From contig NMRA01000391.1 in the NCBI GenBank assembly GCA_002633005.1, positions 181,933 to 235,058 of the forward strand: a DNA stretch of 53,126 bases, in the 5' to 3' direction. The notes beneath the pieces were generated by a model. The model searched no databases. It was not told where the DNA came from and saw nothing but the letters and a program-made list of their open reading frames with translations. The DNA is from Phoronis australis (lineage: Eukaryota > Animalia > Phoronida). Position numbers and translations under genes: made by a program. Every line of letters starts with the position of its first letter. Within the stretch, counting starts at the first letter, position 1. Positions 24,781 through 38,215 of the stretch are shown in pieces.

Positions 24781-27700
24781 TGAATTGAATCCTGACTAGC
24801 TCTGCAGCAGCAGTCGAACGCTCGGTTGCTGAGCTAAATCCCATGCGGTAAACAGTAGAGTAATATTGAATAGTTAAGACACACTTGAGAAAAGGCGACT
24901 TGTAATAAAATCACAACACAGCGGATTTTATTGTTTTATAGCTCAGCTCTGGTCAAAGTTAACAACTTCAAAAAGTCTATCCAATCCAACAATAGTCCCC
25001 AAAATTGCTTTTTGGGCCGTGGGTCTGACGTTTTCCCAGAATAAAGATATATCGTGTAGGCGTTTGCTCATGCAGTGCGACCACTGAGCTGCTATCTGAA
25101 GGAAAGCGATTTTATTCTTAATCCCAGAATTCACCAAGTTCCACCATGAGATCTGGACATGCGCAGGAGAAGATTTTTATCATTCACAATTATGCATTTT
25201 GATTATTATTATTATTATAGCTCGCCAAAGGTTATCCGTAACACTTTTAAAACATGACAAGACATAAGAAAATAAAATTGCAGGCAATAAAACAATAAAA
25301 AATAAAATAATATCTATTTTGTACACTTGAAAACAAGTAACATCGGTGATGGTAGCGGTCGAGATATGGTTTGTGACCTTGAAATCTTAGTCCAGAATGA
25401 CTGAACACATTCGTACCCTTGGCCTTTGTGATTAAATTAAAAACGACCACTCATATATGTTTGTGTGCTTCCGGACGCATCCCTCATGATAGCTGGCATA
25501 AAAGAGTGACATTGGGTGACCGGATTAGTCAGTAGACAGAATGATCATGTGGCTTGATATCAATCATAAAAATATGTATGAGAGTCAGAATGAGTGGCCG
25601 CTGCTTAGTAAAAGTCGTGACTAAGTAGTTGACCTGGATAGCAGAAAGGGCTACCATCAGTCAACGAGTACCGAGGGGTGGCTAAACTACATCAGTCACT
25701 AGACTCTAGAAAAACTAAAAATATAAATAACAATAAAAAACAGTAGCACGTTAATAAAAATGATAGGTAACGACAATAGCGAAAAAACAATAACAGTAAG
25801 AGCGGCAGCAATAACGATAACTTTGGTATTAATAATCATTTTTAAAATCACTATAAACAATGGCGCAGTGGTAATTGGAAAATTAAAACCTAGTATTTAG
25901 TAGGATTTCCTTGTTTTCTTGACTACTGACTTCAAAGGTAGTAAATGTCCGCTGTGACGTTAAGCAACTACAGTCGGTATCTCCAAAACATGTGCAATAC
26001 CCGAAAATTGACAGAAAACGTGAAGTTGTGGACAAAAGTATCACTAAACTCTTATAACTGAAAGAGAGACTGCGTGGGGTCAAAGGGCAAGGATCCGAAA
26101 AGTATTGTAGTTTTAAAAGAATGAACTCTAGGAATATAATGGTCACGTTTCAGAAGGCAGGCGTTCTGATTTTAATAGGCGATGACGTCATCCATGTAGG
26201 AACATATCATTTATGATTTTACTTATACATTTCTAAAAAAAGATTCGCTCAGTGAAGCATACTATGCACATTACGAGATACGTGCAGTTTCACTCGAATT
26301 CTTGATGGAGCAAACGGGAAGAGTTCCTCCAACTTGTCGACACGCTTCATACATTAGAAGAGTAGATTTCTGCGAAAGCACACGCGAGAACAAATTTAGC
26401 GTCTTGATTCTGCTCTGAGGGTTCAGAAAAATGACTCGGGCAACTCGGGTTTGATTTCAACTCCTTAAAAATATAGCTAGAATTTGAAATGTGGCGCAAC
26501 ACGCTCAGTTTATTTTTTCAAAAAGTCATGTGACCGGAAGTGAGGTGGGGAATTGATTTAGCACAGCAATGTTGTAAACCGATAGGTGAATAAAAATAGG
26601 TAAAACAGCAAACTGCAGCTTGAAAAATGACAGAAATGCCACTCATGTGGCTAAAAATACTACAGAAGAGGATCCGGACGGGGCGCATTTTCATCTTCTG
26701 CGCCGAAGGTTCAACACAATTCGCGGGCGAATCTGAACCGACTTTCCTTTATTGGGGAAAAGATGCCCATGATATTACAGACTCAGTATTCAGCTCATTG
26801 CTTAGTTTGACTTATGGCGTGATTAAAGACATTTCCCTTGTGTTTACGACTAAAACATGAAATCGTGGTATAAGGCTAACCAACCCTGGTCTCAAAATTT
26901 CCCATGCCAAGACGGCAATGGCAACTTTTGATTGAATTTCGGCGGGTCAACAGGCTAAGACATTTGATTGGTTCTCGATCACGACTTCAGGCTAAAATTC
27001 CAATCAGATATCGTAGCCGGTTGACTCGACGCAACCGACGACGTAAATCAAGTGCAGTTGGTGACTACTACCATCAAAAGGAATCGAGATATCACCTGCG
27101 CTTGAAATAATAATATTTTTGGAAAAAGTGGCAAAGCAAAGGAAAAACGATTGCATTCTGGCACTCTTGTTTGTTTGCCGATATCCTCAATGATCTATTG
27201 GAAAGGTTCAAATCGTTTTCTATAATAGCCTGTGGAAAGTTTTAAGACAGACTTTGTGTGGTTGAGTAAGATGGTTTTTATTGGTAAGTTTCGTTTCAGA
27301 TAGTTTACAAGACAGAAAATTCCTTTAAATATACAATTTCATTTATTTTGACTAGTTAAAAACATATCAATAGTCTCATCAAACGAACTGACGACATCAT
27401 AGTAGAAAAATTTCGTGAACTACTGTCCTATATGTATTTGCATTTTGTGCTAACAATTTCAAAATCATTGAATTTGAAGTTGAGCAGTCAAATGTGGAAA
27501 CCATTTTATTGGTACACCACCAGGAATTTAAAATTCAATTTAAGAATTCTCCATTAAATTCTGGTTATTTTGAAAACAACTGAAGAATCACGACGAAAAA
27601 GCATGATTTGAAAATGAAGGAGTGTAATTGTTATCCCCTTCATTTTATCGACCGATACGTCCGTAAAATTACTTACTGATTGACATTAAGTAGCAATTAC

Positions 27701-27838
27701 AGGTTTTAACCTGTCATCAGTACACGTGGAGTTTATTCAAGAAAATGCAGGTTTTCTATTTAATGGCAGTTTGAGACCATACACACTCTGTTTCTCACCT
27801 AGTGCCGTGTTGGTTAGAAACTGTTTAAGTTCATGCAA

Positions 27839-28074
27839 CTTTTGATTTAGACCACTCAAGACTAGACTCGTGTCTTAGATCGTTCCAGCGATTTCTAGGC
27901 TCGGAAAGAACAGTTCGTTGTTACTTAGACCATGCCAAGCGGATGAAACTACAAGCAGTAACAAACCAACTTGAGAAATAAGGAACCGATAGTTCTTTCC
28001 AAGCTCAGAAAGCACGTCTATTGAAATTGACTAAATAACAAGTTGATAACGGTAAATAGTCTAAATCAAAAGTA
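27839..28074. mobile_element. Foldback-like MITE, same family as 5940-6174
   Basis: TTTTGATTTAGAC pairs with GTCTAAATCAAAAG, and an inner inverted pair CTCGGAAAGAAC / GTTCTTTCCAAG is also present. Confidence 0.55.
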
Positions 28075-31000
28075 AGTATTTCGTTTTACATCAGTTCTAA
28101 CATCGTAAAATAAAGGCAACGCACTGAAATAAAAGCGATGAACTAAAAGAGGCAACTTAAAACACGTATTTTCTGAGCAACGCACTTAAAAACTCCATCA
28201 CTTTACGCCTACAACAGGTTAAAATATGCATATTGCTTATTGCTGCCGAAAGACAACGTTTCAGTGGCCATTTATCGCCCTAAATCGGTTTCATTTTGTC
28301 TCTTCTCACGATAAGAATTAATTGGTTCACGTGTCAAAGAAAGGCTTACATGCTATCGCAGTTGAATCAACGACAGAAACTGGCATGGCAGCCGTTTTAA
28401 TTCTGATACATGGCCGTTCAAAGAAAACACGGCTACCACTATTTGTTGACGTAGTTTGCCTCAGAAATTAAGTGGAAACTTAAGCAAAAATGTTGTATAC
28501 TCAGATGTATACGAAAATCTTGCTGACATTTGTAAGTAAAATTTCTGGTTTGCTTGGTTATGACATCACACGAGTTTCCTCAACCGAAGGGTGAATTCAA
28601 CCCTGTAGGTTAGCGCTGTTAATAGACTTCGTACATTTCACAGTAGGTGGAATAACAGACAATAAAAATCAAGCTTCAAAATCATTCCTGTTTACCTTGA
28701 AGCCATCATTTGGAAAGAGGTCTCATTTAATTTGGTTTCTGCCGCGATTCGGTAGGTTTTAACGGCAATTGAAGGAAAGAAAATATTTTAAGTGATAAAC
28801 GGGTACCTATTTCTGGGAGTTAAATTACGGCAAATTTTTTGAATCAAAGACCTGGAAAACTGTTATTTCGTACAATTTTGGAGTAGTGTCCATGACTTTG
28901 AAGCAGATAAAAATACACCCGGTATGCATCTACACATTACGCAATCAATTAAATGGGGACCTAAAATCCCGAAAATGTTTTATTATAAAAAAGTGAACTG
29001 TTAATCGTTATTGTGCAAAAATACAAGTAAGAAGTTTCAGTGTCTCAAACCCAACAGAATCTAGAAGTAAAAAAATTCATCGTAGACAGGCCCATATTCA
29101 GAATTCTTTCTAAAAAACTAAACGAGTCGTCCATATGGCGTGTATGTAAGGCAAAAAATAGCATAATTAGTTCTGGTCTGCGCCTGACTCATTTTGAGAC
29201 CAGCGCCTCACCGTTTTAAGAAAAAGATCCCTACACATTTCAACTGGCATCAGGTGACTTTTTATTTTAGAAAACAAGAGCAAAAACAAAGATCCCGCAT
29301 CACCGCACCAATTTTCAAAAAAAAAACAGACCAGAACCAATCGTGTTGTTTTCTTTAGTCCAATAGTGTAAATTAAAACGACAGTTCATGCTAACAAATG
29401 CTATTAAACATTTATGAACCGGCGTATTCTTACTTGTCGCGTCGAGCATACAGTCGCCTGCAGCAAAGAGATCGCTTCCATTTATAATCAAAACATGGAT
29501 CACAGCTTATTTTAGTCGCCTTTACCAAAAAGATTCAGTGAACGCAAACACTGCAACTACAGTGTAAAAACAATAAAAGCAATGTACGAAAGGGCGTTGA
29601 CAGTTATAAATGAACTATTCAGGAAACAATACACTTTATAGGCACTTAGGCATATAGTAGCTGAACGGCTGCACTAGAGTTAAGTTTTCAGAGCATAACA
29701 CCAACACTCGAGACGTTGTCAAGCAGAGAGGATACGGGCATTCGTGAAAATATTTACCTCAAGTAGCTGTTTCATAACAAAGGAACTAAAACCAGGGATC
29801 GTTTCAGAAAAAAAGTGGCTGCGGGTCAATTGGCCCACAGGGCCTAAAATTTCACATAGGCCAATTTGGAGGAGCAATAGGCAGTTTTGTACTTCTTTCT
29901 TTTTTGAATCGATTTTTGAGGGCGGCATTTTAGTATATCTACTAGGTTATGCGACTAGTGATTGGTCTAAACGGTTAACACACAAATCCAAAGTTGGTAT
30001 CTATAGTTTCTCTATATGCTCGATAACATATCGTTAACAATGTTTTGGTCACCGACATTAGCTTTGATTAAATGCTATGCACTGTCATGATTCATAACAA
30101 AATCAGGCTTTAATTGTGAAACAATTCCAATGCACCCGATGAACCAAGATAAAGTTGCATTTCTGCCCGTTTAGTTGGCTAAAAAACAAACACTGAATTG
30201 GGCCTTTTACTCTTACAATATACTTACCGTAACAGGATTCCATTACCAACTAATGTCACACGCAATGCGTACACTGGTACGCCAATTTCGAATTCGCAAT
30301 AAACTCTGAAGTGATTTCTCGAGCCGCTGGTGAATTCGATGTTCTTGATGGCAAGGGAAACAGAATACTATCACTGTGATGGTTATCATGAGACAGGTTT
30401 TATGAGGGTAAAAAGCTTTATTCAATTTTCGGTTTTAGCCACATAAACAGGGCGTAAAGTAGATTGAGCAATCGCAGTGCATGAATAACAATTGTTTATT
30501 CTGACAACGACGTGGGGCAGGGTTCTAAAGTTATCCCAGAGTTCTTTTAATGATAACTGTAAAACATTTATAGCGACTACTCCCACTCACAAGTCGTTCA
30601 AGCCATGCTTACAAGAGAGAACGCATGCGCTTGCTGTAATTTTCTGGGTCCCAAGAGGTGGAGGACAAGGGATTGGTGAAGAGAAGTATTGTTGTACGGT
30701 TGCCGCTTTTTTCTTTATATTCCTGGCGGAAATGAACACGTTTGAAAGGTTTGTCTTCACTTCGTTAGTCATATGCGCGATATTAATTAATGCCATCTTT
30801 TGATCACGGTACCTTTCCGAAATAACTCAGACTATCTTGAAATTACTTGTACATTTTGGATTAAGACGATAGAATGCCTGCAAGATGAACATATATGCTT
30901 TTTTAATGAAGCCGATGTTTTATTCTGAAGCGTACGTATACATGTAGCCATGTGGCGATTCCAGTTACATTCCAAAAATCGCCATCACTATACGCTGCAG

Positions 31001-32582
31001 TGGAAGCGTGGAATGTAACGAAGATCTCGGCCGAGTACCCGCCACCCACGCAATGGCTCACAGCAACGATTGTAATCAAAACAACACTAATTTGCGTCTA
31101 TCAATTTCAGCCTGCGAACACCTTGCTACAGAGTCGAGAGCGTGTTGCGGAAACTATTACGACGAGTTCGCGGATTCCATTTGACATTTTTGAAGGCTCA
31201 AATCTTTAATTGTACCAATGTAGATTAGTAAAAATAAGAAATAACAAGCGCAGCGCAAACCAAATGAGCCACCGACTGCACCACAAACAGGATGCTTCTG
31301 GAGGTTCATGTAACATAACTAGACTAATTTGACGACTGATATCACAGGCTTCCGATTGGTACTGGCGCATGGCAGCCATGCATATACCTCTCTGTCAAGG
31401 ACCCATAAAAATTGTCAAACCATTTCGAAAACCAATAATAAAGGGAAATCTAAAATAGCCAACAGGGGGTGCTGTGGTAGTCCAAGCAGTACAATAATCA
31501 AGTAGTGCGGGCGCATTCTAGAAATAACTCTTGCGTCATTCATGAAAATCTTTTCAAATCGTTTTGACAAAAATGAACGAACCAGCAATGCTTTGTCAAA
31601 AACTCATATTGTCACAAGGGTAACCGCTACACTGATCCTAGCCTAAAGTAAGCCTACTCGAATATTTATGTAAAGTTTCAAAGTCTGGCAAGCCGTTTTG
31701 ACAGAAAACCTGCCGAAAACTAAAATGACCAACACGGGGGGTTACAGCATTCAAATACGTACGTTCCCGCCTTAAACCTCTCTGACAGGTTTCGCCAAAA
31801 TCATTTTGACAAAAATTAAAGAATGATAGCGTTCGGAGGAGCGACACTTGGCGAAAATGACTGAAAACTGAAGGCGGGAGACGTTGGCGAAGAAAATTTG
31901 ACATCAACAACGATTACGAACAGAACGTAACTTCTAAGGCTGCGACATCACCAACGAGACTGAGAGACTGAAGTACCATACAATACTGATATGCGCTTGA
32001 AAGAAGGGGAGAACTGAAAGCTCATCTGGAGAGCGACACCTTGCGACATTGAATGATAAGTGTTTGACAATGACTAATGATGATGGCAATTATGACATTG
32101 ATGATGATGATGATGGCGATGATTACGATCATGTGACGAATGAAAACGTCGGAAGTAAGTAAGAAATGGTCTTGTTCAATAGAAGGTAAACGCAGCAAAA
32201 TCAGTTAACAAAGGAACGGCGTCATCAGAAAACCTCAAATAATTCGAAAAAGAGATGTCCTAGCGAAAAGTGGAAAAGATCTGCTGAAAGCCCGTTCAAA
32301 ACTCTATCTAACAACGTAGTTTCACAAAATTCCACAAAATTTTGGAAAAATTTTCAAATTTTGCAATTTTCAAGTGAATGTCAAATAACTCAAAAACGGT
32401 AACTATGAGAGAAAAAATTGTAGAGTTCATTTGAAAGAGTATACCTTAAACAATCCACATGCAAATATTCACGTCGTTTACTCTTTCTGTGCAAAATAAA
32501 ATCCCAGCACGATTGAAAATTGATGAAAATGCGTCAGATCCGCCATTTTGAAAACAAGTTCCGGTTAAGCAGCACACGATAA

Positions 32583-33654
32583 TAGCTACTTACAGGAAAC
32601 TCAGACATGAAAATTTTCGAAGCAACTGCCGGTTCTACAATGCAGCCTCTACACGACAAAACGTTTTCGTCCTGAAATTGAGGTGCCCAATCGCAATGGC
32701 GGATATTTCCGCCATTTTGGACCGGAAGCTCATAATTTACAGCAAATCTGTAGGTCTAGTACACGTCTTCTAAAATAATCGTACCGATTTTCAACTGTCA
32801 AAAATTGCAGCCTCTATGAGCATTTGAATCTGAAATCGAAAGCAAAGCGGCTGCCACGCCCGCCATCTTGAATCTGATCAGACAAAAACGATAGGCTTCG
32901 AGATATCATTCCGGAGCTAAATGTTGTGTGTGAATTTCGCGCGAAATGCGACCTGTAGAGTGTGAACGAACAAAAAAACAAAAACAAAAAATTGTGCCAG
33001 AGGAACAAGAAACACGATGACGAAAACAGCCAAACAGTAGGTGCTACGGTAGTCGAATCCGTCCCAAAATTGATTGTGCGCAGCTAGCCACAATTCATTA
33101 CGGCGTTTTCCCGTTGCTCNTAGCTACTTACAGGAAACTCAGACATGAAAATTTTAGAAGCAACTGCCGGTTCTACAATGCAGCCTCTACACGACAAAAC
33201 GTTTTCGTCCTGAAATTGAGGTGCCCAATCGCAATGGCGGATATTTCCGCCATTTTGGACCGGAAGCTCATAATTTACAGCAAATCTGTAGGTCTAGTAC
33301 ACGTCTGCTAAAATAATCGTACCGATTTTCAACGGTCAAAAATTGCAGCCTCTATGAGCATTTGAATCTGAAATCGAAAGCAAAGCGGCTGCCACGCCCG
33401 CCATCTTGAATCTGATCAGACAAAAACGATAGGCTTCGAGATATTCCGGAGCTAAATGTTGTGTGTGAATTTCGCGCGAAATGCGACCTGTAGAGTGTGA
33501 ACGAACAAAAAAACAAAAACAAAAAATTGTGCCAGAGGAACAAGAAACACGATGACGAAAACAGCCAAACAGTAGGTGCTACGGTAGTCGAATCCGTCCC
33601 AAAATTGATTGTGCGCAGCTAGCCACAATTCATTACGGCGTTTTCCCGTTGCTC
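32583..33654. repeat. Near-identical ~535-bp direct duplication (32583-33119 and 33121-33654) separated by a single N
   Basis: The copies differ by three substitutions and one 3-bp indel (ATATCATTCC versus ATATTCC). N at 33120. Confidence 0.9.
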
Positions 33655-34654
33655 CCAACTTGTTCGATTCTATAGCCCAACAACAAGTTGGGAAGTTTAC
33701 CCCTGTAGCCAATATGTTACACGACTGATTAACTCCATTCTGGCATTAATGGTAGGAGGGCTAGCTCTCTTGTGTTCGATAATTGCCCTAATCTCCAATA
33801 AGATCGTATCTACCCTGACTGGGTTGTGCTGTTAAAAATAAAAGTAAAGTTATAACATATTTAAACATGAACCAATCGAATTTCTGAAATCTTCGTCAAA
33901 TGGTGATCATGTTTAGTTTTTGAATCACCAAAATCGCCCAACTGCGACCGATGTTACGACAATCTATTCTTTCCGAACACACCAATTCATTCTGAGTTTG
34001 ACTGTGTTCACACGTGGTCTGTAATAAGCCTGGTAGATAATTGGCCTGCTTGTTGTCGTAAAAGACAAAAGAGTGTGCTTGGCAGTTAACAAAGAAGCTA
34101 GATGTTATCACACGCTCAGAACCCCCTACGTCTGGTAAAATCACTGACTGAAAACGCCGTCATGTCCTTGTGTCAAGTTTCATCAAACTTTCTCAAGACC
34201 GTGGTATGACGGACAAGGAAAATCCCGCCGAAAATTAAAAGGGGCTACTTGGATAGCCGACGCAAAAAGCGACTGGTACTAACGCATACCATCCGGAACT
34301 CCTCGGATATTTTCGAAGGCTCGAATTATCCCTTGAAGCATCCGGGACACCTCGGGTATTTTCGTAGTCTCAAATTTTCCCTCGGAGGTGAACGTCCTCA
34401 GTCTGCGGAGAAGCAAACTTCAGTCATGCGAACATTCAGACTGGCTGGCCGTATGATTGAAGTTTGCACATGAGCAGAACGCTCATATCCGACTGGAAAA
34501 TTTTGACGGTTACGAAAATATCCAAGGATTTCCGAAAGCCCTGCGCATACGCGAACTTCACTTATTTCGGTAAGACGTGTATGTTACTCTCAAAATGCAG
34601 ACTACCGCCGAATGCTCTGGTATACCCACGTGACTGACGGTTACAAGCGCATCA

Positions 34655-34807
34655 GGCGTGCGTTCAGTAGACGCTAGGACCTACACTAGGACCTAGCTAA
34701 AACCTAGTCAAAGTCACGTGCTCTCATTTAAGATGCACGGCAATATCTTACGTAATATCGCGAAGTCTTGCTTTTTAGGGAGGTCATAGCGTAACTGAAC
34801 GGGAGGC
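34655..34807 (-). mobile_element. ~150-bp MITE, copy 2 (inverted relative to 23989-24128)
   Basis: GGCGTGCGTTCAGTAGACGCTAGGACCT ... AGGTCATAGCGTAACTGAACGGGAGGC. The internal CGCGAAGTCTTGCTTTTTAG matches the reverse complement of copy 1. Confidence 0.75.
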
Positions 34808-36357
34808 AGGATGCAGACTAAAGACTAATAATGGCGTCGATCGAGTACGACTTTTGAGACCAGTGCGGCAGATAAAATGATTTTAGCTGTCTCAACCAAA
34901 TCCCTTTGTTGCTATGAATGAAATTCGCATATGCTTCCGATGGATAATTTGAGGCTACGAAAATAGCCGAGGTGTTCCGAATGAGCGCATGCTTCAGCGA
35001 CAACTTTCCGCAAAAATCACCAAATATTGGCAGACAAATTCCTAGTATAAAACAAAAACCGCTAACAAGACTAGGTGCCACGTTAGTCAAATTTGTCCGA
35101 AAATCGACTGGCGCTTGCATATTTCCAGAACATACCTTTGCGACAAGTTTCGGGCATGGACTATTATAAACGTGGTTGTTTTTACAATTTCTTGTTGAAA
35201 AATAGTGAGAACTACTATAACGCATAGTGGTGTCACGATTGGTGAAACTGTCCGAACCGAATAGACATACTTGTGTCAAAACATTATTTTCATCAAAACG
35301 ATTCTTGAGATAATCAGCGGGACAAGGGAAGGTATCTTTGGAAGACAACGGACGAGATGCTGACTATGGGCGCATAAAACAAGTCTTCCGTGTCAATCAT
35401 GGAATTGAAAAGCCGCCAGTGTGGTCGCAAACAAACGCTTTTAGAAACGGGAGAAAGTCGCTTGCCCAATTTGAAAGTTCTAAACTGACTATTTGCCACA
35501 GCCATAAAAACAATTCGCAGAAGAACCATTTTTTTCTATTCAAGGTGACAAGACATTCGCGATTTCATGTGACGTCATAATGTCACACCCCAATCGGAAA
35601 AAGTCGGCCGTGACTAATCCACAAAATTTTCACAGAAAGGTAGCACTGACAAGTATGTTGTGTAATCAGCTACATAGGCACACAACATACGTAGTGTTAC
35701 CGGGAATTTCTGAATCAGCTTGCTTTAAGAAAATGGCACTTCCTGGTAGCATGCACAGCAGGAGCGCCGCTATAGCAAACGGTAAACGTCACGTGTACGA
35801 CACATGACAAAGCACGCTTCGCAAAATAGTTTATTTAGTTTGAAAGGCAAGTTGAAAAAAACTCGCGCATATTCATTCCCCTGACTCAAAAGAAAACAGA
35901 GGAAGACCTACGTTTTGGGAGCCTTGAAGTTTGGTCAACTACACTACTAAGTACTCCTTCGTGAAAAGACCGTTGAAATTAAGCGTGTGCGAAACCCCGA
36001 TTGGGGTCAGTTATAATGTAAGCATCGATGTCAGAAATTGTAAAGTGTCATTCATAAAAGAATCAGAACAATTCTGAGACGTATATGCTCGTTTTTTCCT
36101 GGGTTAAACGTGATCTTATCTGGTCACAAACCTTGGTGAACAACCCGAGTCTAATCTTAAAAAGCTGTAAATCTAACATTTTGAGAGACCCCAGGAGTAG
36201 CCCCACTTACAAATTGGTACAAAATAATATCAAAATCTAGTTTCAATCTTGAGATATGCCGTCAACGACATTAAGTAATGCGTTCGGACGTACGGTCTTG
36301 GATACGTCGATCCCCGCTTGGAGCTAACGCGGGGAACGAATTATAAACCACGGTATA

Positions 36358-36602
36358 CATGCGCGCACCCAGGGGGCTCTAGTCTCCCCACCTCCTTTTG
36401 GCGAAGTGGGCAAAAAAGACCGCCTCAGAGAAACAAAAACACCGAAAAAAGTAGAAAACGAAAGAAAAGTCCACTAAAAACGTGGGAACTACCAAAATGT
36501 GGAGAATACACAACTCATAGCTCTGAACCTATCCCGTTTTTAGTAAAAGGTCCACATTCTCAAAAATGTTAGACCCCCATTTTTAAGCTGGGTGCGCGCA
36601 TG
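36358..36602 (+). mobile_element. MITE with CATGCGCGCACCCAG TIRs, copy 1
   Basis: 15-bp perfect TIR. Flanks GTATA / GCATA match at 4 of 5 positions (possible TSD). Confidence 0.75.
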
Positions 36603-37993
36603 GCATATTGTTCAAAAGTACACTGCCTGTTGAGTCCAGCACTTCCGTTGAAGATTCGATGAGCGGACAACATTATGGGAAGAACACGTTCCATACATCA
36701 CCATAGTATTACAACGATCGGCACATTGTTACTCAACTGATGCGCCTCACTGATACAAACTTTACGTAACCCGAGAATAGCCGGGTGCGTGAGATGTACA
36801 CGTGATGCACTGCCGTGACGCAAATGACGGTTTAGTCGGATATCTCTTAAGATTTCGCAGTGATACACAAGAGCTTTTCGTTTATCGATACAAATTGTGT
36901 AACTATTGACAGTTGCCGGAATTCCGGCCGCATATCTGGTATATAACCACAAGGCCTAAATACGCGTATATACGGTACATTTACCAGTTAGATTTTGAAA
37001 TGAGGATAGATTTTTTCACATAAAACTAACAAACAAGAGTTGATACCCAAACCACAACAAAAGGTGAGGAGAATAGAAGCGATATCATTTTGCTTTAGCG
37101 TCGATTTGCCTCTTCAGACAACTTAAAGAGTCGCTTTACCTCTTAAGTGATCTTTTTGATGCTCATCTTGGCATAAATCTAACACTGATATCCACGACAA
37201 TTTCAGAATCTATAAAGTAAACAATACACCACATTTCAGCGTCGACTTTGAAGAGAGTCGCGCTCTCTTTGCAATGAAGATACAAATGTCAGTTTGTCCG
37301 TATTTTGTCATAGAGATAAGTGCTTTAGTTCAAAAAACATCGTTGCGGGCCGCACTTGTTCGTTTCTTTCACGTACCGCTAATATGGAAAGCGTTCCGTG
37401 GACGCGAGAACCTTCCATCGCGAAAATGCAATATAACCCAAAACTTCGCAATGCATCCGAAGCACATGACCACATTACCGTGACGCAAGATTCTTGGGTC
37501 TACGGAACACAGACCAGGTTAAGCGGAAGTCGCAAAACTCAAACTTAAATAAACCAGGAGGTGGAAGAGTATTTTAATTCCCTGTAAAGCAATCGAAGAA
37601 TTCCACGTAAGAATAGGGATGTTAAATTTTTGTTTCAGAAACGCCACTCTTTTGTAAGGGTTAATTCCAAAACATTCTTAGACAGCTGAATTTTTCATCC
37701 GGAACAATACAAGAAGAGACGCCATTTTTCTCATGTCGGCGTAGGTACATGTACTTTTGTTTTTCCGAAAACATCACTGGTATTGTCAATTTCATTTCTG
37801 GGAAAAACTGCAGATCAGTTATGATGGAAAAACCAATCCAATCCCAAATATCAAATATTGCACGAGTTTCCCGGAAACGCAGAAAACCTGGCATACATAC
37901 ATGCTCATCATACATGTATCTCATAAGCTTGGTGTACAACCACAGAACTCTAGGAATTGGTCCTTGATACAACTAGGCGAAAATTCAAAATTA

Positions 37994-38215
37994 CATGCGC
38001 GCACCCAGCCTTTAATATGGGGGGGGGGGGCTCGAATTGCCGATGTGGGCATTTTACTCACAAAAAAGCGGGAGGACTAAAAACACGGGGTACCACGTTC
38101 CGCGCTGTGAATTGTGCGTTTACGCCTTTTAGTGGACTTCTTGTTTCTCCGAAGCGGACTTTTTTGCCTACTTCGCCAAATGGGGGCTCGAACGAGCCCC
38201 CCGGGTGCGCGCATG
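37994..38215 (-). mobile_element. MITE with CATGCGCGCACCC TIRs, copy 2, opposite orientation
   Basis: CATGCGCGCACCCAG ... CGGGTGCGCGCATG. Internal homology to copy 1 (TTGGCGAAGT, AAAAGTCC). Flanks AATTA / AATTT. Confidence 0.75.

Noticed and set aside
32583-33654. ~535-bp tandem duplication as a real recent duplication
   Set aside because: The junction is exactly at an N and the few differences look allelic, so an overlapping-contig or haplotype artefact is more likely. Long reads would settle it.
34818-35348. 176-aa ORF, and the other short ORFs in the track
   Set aside because: Non-ATG starts or random-looking composition, no domains, and many overlap repeats.
7139-35577. Five TGACGTCA (CRE) octamers at 7139, 16778, 22584, 26183 and 35570 as a regulatory system
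   Set aside because: They are scattered rather than clustered, so function cannot be supported from sequence alone.
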